Part shown: positions 1 through 9,015 of the stretch, piece after piece
Layout: every line of letters starts with the position of its first letter
Position numbering within the stretch: position 1 is the first letter of the stretch
Virus record (IMG/VR): IMGVR_UViG_3300029922_000006
Strand: one strand, 5' to 3'
DNA length: 64,000 nt
Source: a virus
Lineage: Duplodnaviria > Heunggongvirae > Uroviricota > Caudoviricetes
Position numbers and translations under genes: made by a program
Notes under the pieces: model-generated
Seen by the model: the letters and a program-made list of their open reading frames with translations, nothing else
The model's database searches: none
What the model was told of the DNA's origin: nothing

Positions 1-94
1 CAAGAGTAAGGTCTTTACTGTTAGATCCATAGCCAAGCATCTCGTATCCAATCTTAGACAGGACCATATCAAGCTGTGCCTTAGAGATCTTCAT
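1..94 (-). CDS. hypothetical protein, runs off window edge
   Basis: ATG at 94 with AAGGGAG SD; reads MKISKAQLDMVLSKIGYEMLGY...; not in ORF track. Confidence 0.55.
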   Translation of the reverse strand, partial: MKISKAQLDMVLSKIGYEMLGYGSNSKDLTL

Positions 95-103
95 ATTGCT
101 CCC

Positions 104-502
104 TTAAAATAGTTCGTCACCATCGTACACAATACCCTTACCGTTATATCCACGCGGAGCAGCGTCAGATGAACCGGTAATGAATCGAGCTTCAAGTGAG
201 TTGATAAAGTCTAATGCATGATCGACAGCAAGATGGTGGTGTGACCGCTCATCTTCCCGCTTATTAAAGAATCGCTTCGGGTATTTCGTATCTGCCTCAT
301 CTCTGATGCCTTCGATACGAGCCTTAATCATGTCCATGCTCTCAAGCCCTTGGCTAACGAAATGAATAGCCTGCTTCATAGCATGATGATAAGCCATCTT
401 ACCTTTTGGCGTCGGGATGCGCTTGTATACGAACTTCCCCATCGATTTCATCAACACTACCGCGGTCGCCGATACACTTAGGACTGACGTTGAAGAGCTC
501 AT
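104..502 (-). CDS. hypothetical protein
   Basis: 132-aa ORF, GAGAGG SD, co-oriented with neighbours. Confidence 0.6.
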   Translation of the reverse strand: MSSSTSVLSVSATAVVLMKSMGKFVYKRIPTPKGKMAYHHAMKQAIHFVSQGLESMDMIKARIEGIRDEADTKYPKRFFNKREDERSHHHLAVDHALDFINSLEARFITGSSDAAPRGYNGKGIVYDGDELF

Positions 503-959
503 CGACTAGATCCTCTCTATTCTTCTTGTAGTATGTTGATTCCAATATATGCGGGAACATAATTGAAACCGGACCATCCTTCGTGACTGCTTTGCAGTGT
601 TCGCGAGGTATTAGACAATGACCCATCTCGTGGAATACTAATTCTTCCCTTTGATACTCATCCATCTTTTTCCAAGACTTCGAATGGATCTTAATAACCA
701 TTCTACCTGCCCTGTTTCGCGCACAGTAACCCACAGTTCGGTCAGTCCAACTCGTACGAATATCTCCGAAGGACATATTCATCTTGTCGAGACTTACAGG
801 ATGCCCTCTCAATCGTGCTTCATATATGAACGATTCTATGATCGGATTAAAGGTCTTATCAATGTAGTCTGTCTTGTACTCTATTGGAGTAGGAGAGGCA
901 TTTATTGTGGTGCAACTGAGTGAACAACTTAAGGTGAGGATTAAGAATAGGTAACGCAC
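399..959 (-). CDS. lipoprotein zinc metallopeptidase (metzincin-like)
   Basis: N-terminal hydrophobic signal with Cys (LSCSLSC); HEMGHCLIPREH zinc motif followed by SIMFP Met-turn. Confidence 0.75.
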   Translation of the reverse strand: MRYLFLILTLSCSLSCTTINASPTPIEYKTDYIDKTFNPIIESFIYEARLRGHPVSLDKMNMSFGDIRTSWTDRTVGYCARNRAGRMVIKIHSKSWKKMDEYQREELVFHEMGHCLIPREHCKAVTKDGPVSIMFPHILESTYYKKNREDLVDELFNVSPKCIGDRGSVDEIDGEVRIQAHPDAKR

Positions 960-974
960 AGCCCAACTCCGCTA

Positions 975-980
975 TATAAT
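975..980 (+). promoter_or_regulatory. -10 box, leaderless-type
   Basis: TATAAT-N6-ATG(987), no SD. Confidence 0.5.
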
Positions 981-986
981 AGACCT

Positions 987-1217
987 ATGAACAACTGCAA
1001 AATCTGTATCCTAAGTCACATGCAAATGCACCCAGAACTAGTGTTCTGGATGAAGTGTCCATCTTGTGGCTACACTCAGTACGATGCAGCCTCGCACAAG
1101 AGATATCCCAAAGTCTCCCGCTTCTTTAGATACGACGGAACTGATCTATCGACTCAGCCGGTAGATAAGTCAGAAGTACCAGATGCGGACTCGTCCAGCG
1201 CTTCACATAAGGAATAG
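987..1217 (+). CDS. small zinc-ribbon protein
   Basis: CKIC...CPSC pairs; TATAAT-N6-ATG start; 3' end overlaps convergent ORF. Confidence 0.5.
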   Translation: MNNCKICILSHMQMHPELVFWMKCPSCGYTQYDAASHKRYPKVSRFFRYDGTDLSTQPVDKSEVPDADSSSASHKE

Positions 1218-1392
1218 ATCCTTCAGGAGCGTCAACGTAAAACAACCGGCCTTCAGCTGGTTGTAACGTAAAGAACTCATTATTGGCTTCACCATACGGC
1301 ATCTCAGGATGCGGCTTTGGTTGACCGTTAACCTGTATCGTTATCGGCGTCTTCTCATCATTTAGATAGTAGATCTCCATCACCAACTCCAC
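1126..1392 (-). CDS. hypothetical protein
   Basis: 88-aa ORF coupled to upstream gene. Confidence 0.6.
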   Translation of the reverse strand: MELVMEIYYLNDEKTPITIQVNGQPKPHPEMPYGEANNEFFTLQPAEGRLFYVDAPEGSIPYVKRWTSPHLVLLTYLPAESIDQFRRI

Positions 1393-1664
1393 AGCAGTCC
1401 AGCTGCTTGCTTCTTAATATCAATGTTCAATACTAAATGTCTAGCCAGAGTAATCGCTACAGGCTTACCAGTAGCAACAGCAGCGACTGGTGTTAATGCG
1501 AATACGATATACTTATTGTTGTCCGCTATCTTCTGACCATACTTTTCAATGTTCTTAACTGTTTGCTTTAACTCAACATTCTGTTCGTAATAGGCATTAG
1601 TAGCAGATCCGCATCCAGCTCTTCCAGCCAAACATGTACCAACAACTAAAGCCTCTAACAACAT
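1380..1664 (-). CDS. hypothetical exported/membrane protein
   Basis: hydrophobic N-terminus; 1-nt overlap with upstream gene. Confidence 0.55.
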   Translation of the reverse strand: MLLEALVVGTCLAGRAGCGSATNAYYEQNVELKQTVKNIEKYGQKIADNNKYIVFALTPVAAVATGKPVAITLARHLVLNIDIKKQAAGLLWSW

Positions 1665-1888
1665 TACTTTGCCTCTGTATGGGAAAACTGCCCATTATCG
1701 AAATGCGCTGTCTTGTGGTTCAGTACATGTAGGTTAATAACTGCTGCATCAACTTCACCATCATCTACTTTAAGATTGTCAACTAAGAAATCACAGGCAG
1801 GATCAATGGATAGGAACTTACGGTGTGTTACTTTACCACTCTCCGCGAATGTTACAACCCATTGAAAGCCATCGAATTTAAGATTCAT
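1664..1888 (-). CDS. hypothetical protein, paralogue of 14023-14277
   Basis: C-terminal AA..NH..A.F..G.F..T pattern shared with 14023-14277. Confidence 0.6.
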   Translation of the reverse strand: MNLKFDGFQWVVTFAESGKVTHRKFLSIDPACDFLVDNLKVDDGEVDAAVINLHVLNHKTAHFDNGQFSHTEAK

Positions 1889-2027
1889 CGCTATCTCCTA
1901 ACTGGTTTTTCAAAGACATAACTGTCAGTTCGTCTATCAATTTATCGAACCGGGAAGGAGAGATGACTTTGATTCTATACAGGATCCTCAGTAGTTTTGC
2001 TATCGCTTGAGCTCTCTGTACGGTCAT
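1878..2027 (-). CDS. micro-protein with shared helix motif
   Basis: probable start MTVQRAQ at 2027; motif LLRILYRIKV. Confidence 0.5.
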   Translation of the reverse strand: MTVQRAQAIAKLLRILYRIKVISPSRFDKLIDELTVMSLKNQLGDSDES

Positions 2028-2265
2028 TGAACGGGTTGTCATCATAGTCATAATCATCGTAATCCCGCTCATAGTTGTCCCACTCGCATGGACAGTTATC
2101 TTTGCGCTGCCGGCACTCTTCGTGACAATCATCTTCTAATATGTCTTGAACGTGGAACAACTCTTTCTCAGCAGATCGAACCCAACCATGCAATAGCTTT
2201 AATAAGCCTTCACATGCTTCCAACGAATCCATATCTTCTTCAAGATCAATCTTCCGCTGCTTCAT
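1975..2265 (-). CDS. acidic hypothetical protein
   Basis: 96-aa ORF, D/E/Y-rich tail, Cys cluster. Confidence 0.55.
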   Translation of the reverse strand: MKQRKIDLEEDMDSLEACEGLLKLLHGWVRSAEKELFHVQDILEDDCHEECRQRKDNCPCEWDNYERDYDDYDYDDNPFNDRTESSSDSKTTEDPV

Positions 2266-2398
2266 TTGGGCTCACCTTGTTTTTACGCTTATAGTCTTTC
2301 TTAGTCTTATGCCGCTTATTAGAAGGTAGAGTCAAGCGAACTCCATATAGTCCACGCTTGATCTTCTCTTTAGCTTTCTTTGCCTTCTTCTTGTCCAC

Positions 2399-2596
2399 TT
2401 ATTCCTCGTATTTGCAGAATGTAGTTTTAAGATTACGTAGGCATTCAGCGTAACATATTACTTTAGAGTCCCTAGCGCAAGCTGTCGCTTTTGCATCCAA
2501 CTGATCGAGTAGAACAGGACTGCAGCTATAGTTGTCTGGATTACTACGTCCGCAACCAGCAACAGCAAGAAACAATACAGCATATAAAAACCTCAT
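2399..2596 (-). CDS. small lipoprotein
   Basis: MRFLYAVLFLAVAG-C lipobox; additional Cys residues. Confidence 0.65.
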   Translation of the reverse strand: MRFLYAVLFLAVAGCGRSNPDNYSCSPVLLDQLDAKATACARDSKVICYAECLRNLKTTFCKYEE

Positions 2597-2597
2597 G

Positions 2598-2870
2598 TTA
2601 ATCCTTTTTCTTCTTCTTGGGTTTCTCTACTGGTTCACAAGGCGGATCGCCCCAAACCAATACAGTCGCACCATTGTGCCCGTGTATATCCATAAGAGCA
2701 TCTACACTCTTATGTAACTCAAACGATGACTTAAAAGAAACCCATAGCATGTGTGCTTCGCCATTAGGATACACGGAACCAACAGCAATGATACCAGTTC
2801 CAGACATTCCGCTAATATCAGTGATACGGTTCAGATAAAACGTCCGGATCTTTAGAGATAACATACTCAC
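2598..2870 (-). CDS. conserved phage hypothetical protein
   Basis: DISGMSGTG...W...IHGHNG.T pattern, recognised as a recurring phage family of unknown function. Confidence 0.65.
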   Translation of the reverse strand: MSMLSLKIRTFYLNRITDISGMSGTGIIAVGSVYPNGEAHMLWVSFKSSFELHKSVDALMDIHGHNGATVLVWGDPPCEPVEKPKKKKKD

Positions 2871-3403
2871 TCCTCAATCATCTTGCCAATGGCAAGAGCT
2901 AGTCTGTATTGAGCAGCGTGGTCAGCAATCTCTTTAAGAGTCAGAGGAGTACCGTTGACGCTGATGTTAACTATAGATCCATTATCGTAACGAATACTAC
3001 CATTAACCCTTTTCAATATCTCTTTTACCCGGTCTGTTGTCTTGAGAGATAATTCCATGGTCTCATGCTTAGCTAGAGCGTATTCGCCTTCACCTTGTAA
3101 CTTCAAGGATCTTAGCTTGTGAAGTCCCATTGTCTGCCATTTAACAGGCTTGGGATGTTTCTTAACCAACCAAGCCATGTGACTTTTAATAGAGTCAATC
3201 TTTGCTTGATGCTTATTTTGGTAGTTACGTAACTCTAAATGTCTGAGTTCTGAACTAGATTCAGCGTGTGCTTCAACCACTGCAATCGCATGAGCATAAT
3301 AGTTCTTGCGAAAGCGGGCACGGTGTCTGCGAGTGTTAATATCATTGCGAGTAACAGCTATATCGCAGAGTTCGCGTACCAGTGGAAGAAGCTCGTTGTC
3401 CAT
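2867..3403 (-). CDS. hypothetical protein
   Basis: 178-aa ORF coupled to neighbours. Confidence 0.65.
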   Translation of the reverse strand: MDNELLPLVRELCDIAVTRNDINTRRHRARFRKNYYAHAIAVVEAHAESSSELRHLELRNYQNKHQAKIDSIKSHMAWLVKKHPKPVKWQTMGLHKLRSLKLQGEGEYALAKHETMELSLKTTDRVKEILKRVNGSIRYDNGSIVNISVNGTPLTLKEIADHAAQYRLALAIGKMIEE

Positions 3404-3404
3404 C

Positions 3405-3596
3405 TTATTCTCCGAAGTGTTTTAGTTGTAAAGCCATAGGCAATACATCCACTTGTATTTCTACAAACTTCTCTTTTGGCGGAGCGCGTTTACCCTTAGG
3501 CTTTTGCGGCTCAAGCTTTGTTACTTGGTTACCCAAGCTCAAGAACACAGACATTCCAGCTTCTAACTCTTTACGGATCTGTTGACGTGTTTTCAT
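3405..3596 (-). CDS. hypothetical protein
   Basis: CTGGGAGG SD; CTGA-N3-TA motif upstream. Confidence 0.6.
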   Translation of the reverse strand: MKTRQQIRKELEAGMSVFLSLGNQVTKLEPQKPKGKRAPPKEKFVEIQVDVLPMALQLKHFGE

Positions 3597-3616
3597 AATA
3601 CCTCCCAGTATTACAC

Positions 3617-3630
3617 ATTCTTAGGATCAG
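3617..3630 (-). promoter_or_regulatory. CTGA-N3-TA putative phage promoter
   Basis: CTGATCCTAAGAAT 21 nt upstream of ATG 3596. Confidence 0.45.
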
Positions 3631-3633
3631 AGA

Positions 3634-3879
3634 TTAGTTCTTAGCGCAGCCTGATTTGGAGTGTTGTATGGCTTTCTGGATCAGTTGATCCATAGCTTCA
3701 TCGTTCTTGGAGAACTTATTGAAGTCCTCATTCTTAATCTTGAACTTAGTCTCGCAGCCATCGATCACAACTCTAACCATCTGAAACTTAGGATCGCCTG
3801 AGTTAGGCATATCCACGTCGTAGTCCATGGCTTGAGCTGTGGTCGATAGCATCGCGATGATTACCAACAGTGCTTTCAT
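3634..3879 (-). CDS. small exported protein
   Basis: signal peptide MKALLVIIAMLSTTAQA; two Cys. Confidence 0.65.
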   Translation of the reverse strand: MKALLVIIAMLSTTAQAMDYDVDMPNSGDPKFQMVRVVIDGCETKFKIKNEDFNKFSKNDEAMDQLIQKAIQHSKSGCAKN

Positions 3880-4214
3880 TACTTCCCCTGTGGTTTATTG
3901 TTGTTGATGATAGCCTGAGTCTCAGTCGTGAACCGGATACGAGCTACGTCCAATTCCATTGTGGAACCAGATGCGTTGTTTCCTTTAACGAATAAGAGAA
4001 GCAGTCCAGCGATCAGTCCAGCAATACCTGTACCAAACATAATGAGATACATGATTGGGATGAACTCAATATAGTGGTACTCGTGACCCATGATCCAAGA
4101 ATCATAGATCCAAGGGATAACGAATAGCACACCGATAACGGTAAACATAATGCCACGGCTGACATTTGCTGCCCGTTTCTTCTTCTCTTGCTTTTTGAAT
4201 TGGTTGGTGTCCAT
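3879..4214 (-). CDS. membrane protein (2 TM)
   Basis: two hydrophobic segments; AGGAG SD. Confidence 0.65.
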   Translation of the reverse strand: MDTNQFKKQEKKKRAANVSRGIMFTVIGVLFVIPWIYDSWIMGHEYHYIEFIPIMYLIMFGTGIAGLIAGLLLLFVKGNNASGSTMELDVARIRFTTETQAIINNNKPQGK

Positions 4215-4229
4215 ATTGTTCTCCTAACA

Positions 4230-4243
4230 GAATTTAGGATCAG
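4230..4243 (-). promoter_or_regulatory. CTGA-N3-TA putative phage promoter
   Basis: CTGATCCTAAATTC upstream of ATG 4214. Confidence 0.45.
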
Positions 4244-4252
4244 ATATGGGTA

Positions 4253-4279
4253 GAAAGTGGGCGGCTTATCCTACCGCCC
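4253..4279 (-). terminator. intrinsic terminator
   Basis: GGGCGG/CCGCCC stem followed by ACTTTCT on minus strand, just downstream of 4310. Confidence 0.5.
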
Positions 4280-4309
4280 GTGAGCCAGCATAGCTGGCAA
4301 GTTCAATCA

Positions 4310-4795
4310 TTACTTAACGAGATTGCGGAGTTCAGGAGGCAACGCATTTGTATCGATGTTGACAGTCTTAACTTTAGAAGCTTGGATCTGAGCAACACGA
4401 TTGTTAATAGCTACTTCAACTTCTTTGCGGTCTGTATCAGTAGAGAGTGTAGTGAGCAATGCTCGCATAGCCTTCAACTGAGGATCGCTGGAGCCAATAC
4501 GTGAACCAGGGTTTTTAGCGGAGTAATTAGCCCCACCATTCAGTCGTTTGTCTTTGCGTAACCAGTTAGACTGGAGACCAGATACGTATCCTTTAAGGTC
4601 TGAGTCGCCGCGAGTACTATCAAGTTCGATGGTGCGAGCAGTGAATCCCTCAAACAGGATAGCATTCACTTGACTGCGTAGTTCTCGGTTCATAAGAGCT
4701 CCAACATTGGTTCCTTCAGTAAAGGCAATGTTGTTCTCCTTCAGAACAGAGATGACTGCATTATAGACCGCTTCCTTCTGTGACATCTTGGACAT
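4310..4795 (-). CDS. triplicated unknown protein, copy 1
   Basis: start MSKMSQKEA at 4795 after GAGGAGG; invariant YVSGLQSNWLRKDKRLNG block. Confidence 0.85.
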   Translation of the reverse strand: MSKMSQKEAVYNAVISVLKENNIAFTEGTNVGALMNRELRSQVNAILFEGFTARTIELDSTRGDSDLKGYVSGLQSNWLRKDKRLNGGANYSAKNPGSRIGSSDPQLKAMRALLTTLSTDTDRKEVEVAINNRVAQIQASKVKTVNIDTNALPPELRNLVK

Positions 4796-4849
4796 AAAAG
4801 TCCTCCTCATAAAAATAGATAACATAATTGTTATCTAATAGAAACTAAA

Positions 4850-5422
4850 TTATTCGTTAAATTCACCCGGAAAATCTTCCAATTCTCCGTCTTGTAAATC
4901 GTCATCGTCGGTTGATACTAATGGAACGAATTCATCTCCGTCCCATTCCCCTTCGATTTCTTCATCAATTTTACCCGCGGTCTCGAGAGCATAGATTTCG
5001 TCTTCATCCTCATCGTCAATTGCTGGATTGTATTTACTCATCGGCATTTCCTCCTCATTAATTAACATGTTTTCAATATGTTGATTCATCTCAGCCTCAA
5101 CGACCTGCCGCAATGCCTCAAACGTTTCAGCCTCTCGTGTTACACCAGGCGTAAGTGTTACATCACCAGCGATGATAGCATCGTAATGCGCATCCAGTAC
5201 ATCTTTATTGTTCATGTATAATGCTTTGGCTGCAAACCAATTAGCTGCAGCATAACGATCAGGATCTAAGATTTCTTGCTGACGAATATGATCTGGGTGA
5301 TTAGTATTGAACCTCTGGCGCCACATGACCCATGTGGACACTTCTACTGCGGTCTTAAGGCATGTACCTATCATTGACCACATCTCAGCTACGTCAGGTT
5401 GTTCATTGCTCATGGTATTCAC
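4850..5422 (-). CDS. hypothetical protein with acidic tail
   Basis: 190 aa, D/E-rich C-terminus. Confidence 0.7.
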   Translation of the reverse strand: MNTMSNEQPDVAEMWSMIGTCLKTAVEVSTWVMWRQRFNTNHPDHIRQQEILDPDRYAAANWFAAKALYMNNKDVLDAHYDAIIAGDVTLTPGVTREAETFEALRQVVEAEMNQHIENMLINEEEMPMSKYNPAIDDEDEDEIYALETAGKIDEEIEGEWDGDEFVPLVSTDDDDLQDGELEDFPGEFNE

Positions 5423-5429
5423 CGTACCC

Positions 5430-5831
5430 CTAATTTGTATCGGATTGATACTGGTCGCCGAACAGTGCGCGTCTAGTTAGTTCTGACTTAACAGCTTCAA
5501 GGACTTTGTCTGTACGTCTAATGAAGCCATTCTCATGTACAATAATGATGTCTTCTAGCGTCTTGGTATTTGAAATCAGCAAGTTCTCAAGATATTTAGC
5601 GCTAGATTGCGCCTTCTTGCCCATGATCTCATTGTATCGTTCTTCTGCACACAGATCTTTTGCGCCATCTTCTTCAACGTCTTGCATCATAATACATACT
5701 TCGCGGTAGTTATCGCTATCTGAACGATCTATGCCCCACACGTCACATACTGCATCGCGATAGGCGTCACGAGTCAGATCCCTTATCTTTTCTTTCATTC
5801 GCTTTGTGCATCGTCGCGTCATAATAGTCAA
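5430..5831 (-). CDS. hypothetical protein
   Basis: ORF; true start may be MKEK at 5798. Confidence 0.6.
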   Translation of the reverse strand: MTIMTRRCTKRMKEKIRDLTRDAYRDAVCDVWGIDRSDSDNYREVCIMMQDVEEDGAKDLCAEERYNEIMGKKAQSSAKYLENLLISNTKTLEDIIIVHENGFIRRTDKVLEAVKSELTRRALFGDQYQSDTN

Positions 5832-5928
5832 ATTCCTTATAGCTCATTCGGTCTTCAAAGTCTACACCTAATAGGTGCATAAGCTTGATGAGTGATAGAT
5901 ATGTGGACCATCTATTTAGAGTGCTCAC
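5767..5928 (-). CDS. micro-protein with shared helix motif
   Basis: GTG start at 5928 after GGAG; motif LIKLMHLLGV; 3' part of track ORF 5767..6087. Confidence 0.5.
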   Translation of the reverse strand: MSTLNRWSTYLSLIKLMHLLGVDFEDRMSYKEFDYYDATMHKANERKDKGSDS

Positions 5929-6178
5929 TAATCTTCTCCATCTGAACATCGATGTCGTCAAGTGTATCCTTGAATGTATCGGCTGCAATAGCACACTTAA
6001 GGACCTTGTCATCGGTGAGTGGCTTAGATCCCAACTCGCATCCGTAGTAATAGGCATCTCGCATGTCCATCGATTTAAATGGAGCACCCGCCATTACATC
6101 CACGAGCACCAAGATTGATGCACAGAGGACAAGGATGATACTGTACATGGCAATGCGATAGAAGATGGGATGTTTCAT
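5912..6178 (-). CDS. membrane-anchored small protein
   Basis: N-terminal TM segment, two Cys. Confidence 0.6.
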   Translation of the reverse strand: MKHPIFYRIAMYSIILVLCASILVLVDVMAGAPFKSMDMRDAYYYGCELGSKPLTDDKVLKCAIAADTFKDTLDDIDVQMEKISEHSK

Positions 6179-6182
6179 ATAC

Positions 6183-6512
6183 CTACTTTAATAGAGTCCG
6201 TTCAATAATACTCGCCTCAATCTCAATCACTAACATTCTGTGATAATCGCCATACCAGGGTGGTATAGCTCCACCGCTCTTTAGATCACTCAGAAGAATT
6301 TGTAGATATTTAACATTAAGCTTGCGAAGATCAGTGAGCAAAGCATTAAAGTTTCTCATACCTTCTTCGCTTTGCCCACTATAAGGATGACTGTCAAATA
6401 TACGCTTATAACGAAATCGACGCTTCTGCAACTGATGCTTCTTGCGTGCTTGTTGTCTCTGCATCTTGGATGGCATTTCGTGTCTCCGTGATGCGATTAT
6501 ACGTAGGAACAA
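6183..6512 (-). CDS. basic hypothetical protein
   Basis: K/R-rich N-terminal part; start may be MPSK at 6476. Confidence 0.55.
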   Translation of the reverse strand: MFLRIIASRRHEMPSKMQRQQARKKHQLQKRRFRYKRIFDSHPYSGQSEEGMRNFNALLTDLRKLNVKYLQILLSDLKSGGAIPPWYGDYHRMLVIEIEASIIERTLLK

Positions 6513-6723
6513 TTGACTCCATTGCTTCGATTGGATGCGAGTGTTGAGATACTTCTAAGATCTCTCCAGTCTCTTGGTCAATCGCTTCTGCAATCCACTC
6601 TGAGTCTTGCACACGAACCTCAAACATAAAACCGCTGAAGTCGTTACATACCCAGTTCTTATGAGCCTTGTGATTCCACAACATATATGGTTCTCCCTTA
6701 TCTAGGTATCTTGTATCAGGCAT
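6406..6723 (-). CDS. hypothetical protein
   Basis: 105-aa ORF downstream of 17-nt element. Confidence 0.55.
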   Translation of the reverse strand: MPDTRYLDKGEPYMLWNHKAHKNWVCNDFSGFMFEVRVQDSEWIAEAIDQETGEILEVSQHSHPIEAMESIVPTYNRITETRNAIQDAETTSTQEASVAEASISL

Positions 6724-6745
6724 AGCGTCCAGCGCCTAGGCCGCT

Positions 6746-6762
6746 GGCGTAGCAGTGTCAGT
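6746..6762 (-). repeat. 17-nt dispersed element, copy 1
   Basis: ACTGACACTGCTACGCC flanked by hairpins 6763-6780 and 6729-6747. Confidence 0.8.
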
Positions 6763-6789
6763 TGTAGCGGGTGGGCTACAACAAGGGAA

Positions 6790-6819
6790 ATAAGAAACGG
6801 ACCGCAGTTGCGGTCCGTT
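6790..6819 (-). terminator. intrinsic terminator
   Basis: AACGGACCGC/GCGGTCCGTT 10-bp stem with T-rich tail on minus strand after PA14 gene. Confidence 0.75.
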
Positions 6820-6850
6820 AAAGAAAGATCATCCGTGATATTGGGAGAGC

Positions 6851-7528
6851 TTAGTGGAAGAGGAAGCGCGGATCAAGGAGTGCGCCATCTTCATTTAAGA
6901 TGAGTGCCTCAGAACCAGTGCCTTGCAAGTAGTCGAGTTCGAAGCTATGAACACCAGCAGACAGGAACTTAGTTGCAGATTTGGTCGTAATAGCGTGCAT
7001 CCCGTCGTTGTTAACCAAGATACCATCGACATATAAGTTAGTACCATCGTCAGATGACAGAGAGAACTCATGATAGTTGTCGTCAATGTTTACGATCTCG
7101 CCATAGCATTTAACGATATACCAGTTTTGGTAGATAGGCTGCAATGCAGTAGGCAACACATCGAGACCGTTAGAGGTCGGACCATTAGCTACATTGAAGT
7201 TACTGTTATAAGTCCAGCTTCCAACACCAGTCAATGTGGCTCCGATGATTGCTGTAGTCGTAGTAGGAACAGTATAGAGGCTGCAAGTTAGTCCGTTTGT
7301 AACAGGATCAGAACCTTGAGCGACTCGAAGGTTGTTGTATTGGCCAACCAACAGATTGATTGCATCTGCTGTCGGATCATCAGGTGACGGAGTAGGCGTT
7401 GGTGCTGCAGGACCTTGAGGACCAACTGCTCCTGTTTGGCCGGTAGCTCCAGTTGCGCCCGTATCGCCAGTTTTTCCGCACGCGCACAAGACCATAGACG
7501 CGATAATCGCGATCGTTAACATTTTCAT
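6851..7528 (-). CDS. lipoprotein with collagen-like repeat and PA14 domain
   Basis: LCA-C lipobox; (G-x-x)n TGDTGATGATGQTGAVGPQGP; PA14 signature SSDDG..LYVDG..V.NDG.H and GVHSFELDY. Confidence 0.8.
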   Translation of the reverse strand: MKMLTIAIIASMVLCACGKTGDTGATGATGQTGAVGPQGPAAPTPTPSPDDPTADAINLLVGQYNNLRVAQGSDPVTNGLTCSLYTVPTTTTAIIGATLTGVGSWTYNSNFNVANGPTSNGLDVLPTALQPIYQNWYIVKCYGEIVNIDDNYHEFSLSSDDGTNLYVDGILVNNDGMHAITTKSATKFLSAGVHSFELDYLQGTGSEALILNEDGALLDPRFLFH

Positions 7529-7636
7529 AATTGCTCTCCCAGTTAATTGTTACAGGGCGTAATTGTCCTGTTGATAACACATAATAGTATCGGTAAAAGC
7601 AACCGAATACTTTAGACGAATTTGTTTACCAAATCC

Positions 7637-7873
7637 TTAAGCAGCTTCATCAAACAAGGATAATTGTAAGTCTATCTTCTGAGTATCTTCTAGTCCAATG
7701 AGTTCCTGGCGCTCTCGCTCTGCTATATTAAGCAGCAATCGCCTACTTGGTTCATGAATGATCTCATCAACTAAAGCTAATACGTCACAGTCAGAGTAGA
7801 AACTAACTGTGTGCGTCTCAAAGATAACAGTCGCAGTGCGACGATCTGAGCTCAGCACAATTTTGTCTATCAT
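7637..7873 (-). CDS. hypothetical protein
   Basis: CTGGGAGG SD. Confidence 0.6.
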   Translation of the reverse strand: MIDKIVLSSDRRTATVIFETHTVSFYSDCDVLALVDEIIHEPSRRLLLNIAERERQELIGLEDTQKIDLQLSLFDEAA

Positions 7874-7891
7874 AAGTCCTCCCAGACTTAA

Positions 7892-8149
7892 TTACCCTCC
7901 ATGCCTTTCACGGTTAGATGGGTAATCTTTTGGATTCTCGCGAACATCGTACCAATGAGGCACAGTTGTCCCATTGTTTACTGCTTCGCAATAAGCCAGC
8001 ATATAACGTTCCAATAACTGTAAGTTATTGACCATTGAGTCATAAGTCTCTTTATTCATAACCAAGCGACCATCATCGGTCTTATCAACTTCAACTTGAA
8101 GTAGGACTAGGGCATTGGCAACACCATTAAGCTCTATTCCGTGTTTCAT
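7892..8149 (-). CDS. hypothetical protein
   Basis: GAGG SD, co-oriented. Confidence 0.6.
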   Translation of the reverse strand: MKHGIELNGVANALVLLQVEVDKTDDGRLVMNKETYDSMVNNLQLLERYMLAYCEAVNNGTTVPHWYDVRENPKDYPSNRERHGG

Positions 8150-8276
8150 AACTCATCCTCATTTCGAGCGAGATTAAGTTTCTTGTACGGCTTACCATTC
8201 TTTCGGCAGTAAGCAATAGCAATATCAGTCTTGCTCTGAGGTCTAACAAAGAAGTAATAGATCTTCCAAAGCGTTC

Positions 8277-8624
8277 TCATAGTTCTATCTTTCTTCCGTC
8301 TATCTCAATAGCAACAGGGAATATGTAGTTCCCATCATGCTTCTTCATGAGATCAAGAGTCTTGTGTAAACTCTTTGGTCCATTGTATTCGCACAAGAAA
8401 CAAGACTCTCCAAACTTAGACCACTCAAGAGTTCCACTGCTCTTATAAGAGATATAACTATCTCCATTAGAGCGGATCTTTCTGCGCCTAGCAGGAAACT
8501 TGTCGTCGTCATATTTAGTACCAAAGTAGACTATGATCTCTTTGTGGTACCGAGCCATGGAGAGGATCTTCTTTAACTTTTCAGTCTTAGTCATCTTCTT
8601 TGCCACAGCAACCTCCTTAATCAA
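8277..8624 (-). CDS. hypothetical protein
   Basis: 115-aa basic ORF. Confidence 0.6.
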   Translation of the reverse strand: MIKEVAVAKKMTKTEKLKKILSMARYHKEIIVYFGTKYDDDKFPARRRKIRSNGDSYISYKSSGTLEWSKFGESCFLCEYNGPKSLHKTLDLMKKHDGNYIFPVAIEIDGRKIEL

Positions 8625-8711
8625 GAAAGAAAGACATCCAAACCATTGCCCACAACCACGTAGGGAACGAAGCGCTTGAGAATGCCATACATATTAAGAT
8701 AAAGAATGACA

Positions 8712-8894
8712 TTACACTTGCTCCTTGAGAAGAGGGCAATTGGTATTCATTACGTCTTGCAGTTTTAATCTTAGCGCTCGCATCTCAGTATCGATCATGC
8801 GAACAGTCTCAGGGTAATCAATAGAAACTGTTCTGAACTCTTCGAGATCAGCGAGTCTCTTGTATATCTGTAACAACAGTTGATTTCGTAACAT
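8712..8894 (-). CDS. small coiled-coil protein
   Basis: GGAGG SD; heptad Leu pattern. Confidence 0.55.
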   Translation of the reverse strand: MLRNQLLLQIYKRLADLEEFRTVSIDYPETVRMIDTEMRALRLKLQDVMNTNCPLLKEQV

Positions 8895-9015
8895 CTGCTT
8901 CCTCCTTTGGCAATGGCATTGGTTTAGTCAGCTCAACGCTGTCCAACCACTCTTCAAACTCCTTGTCTAATTGTTCTTTGTTCTGTTCCATGTATATCTC
9001 TTTATTCGGGCAGAG

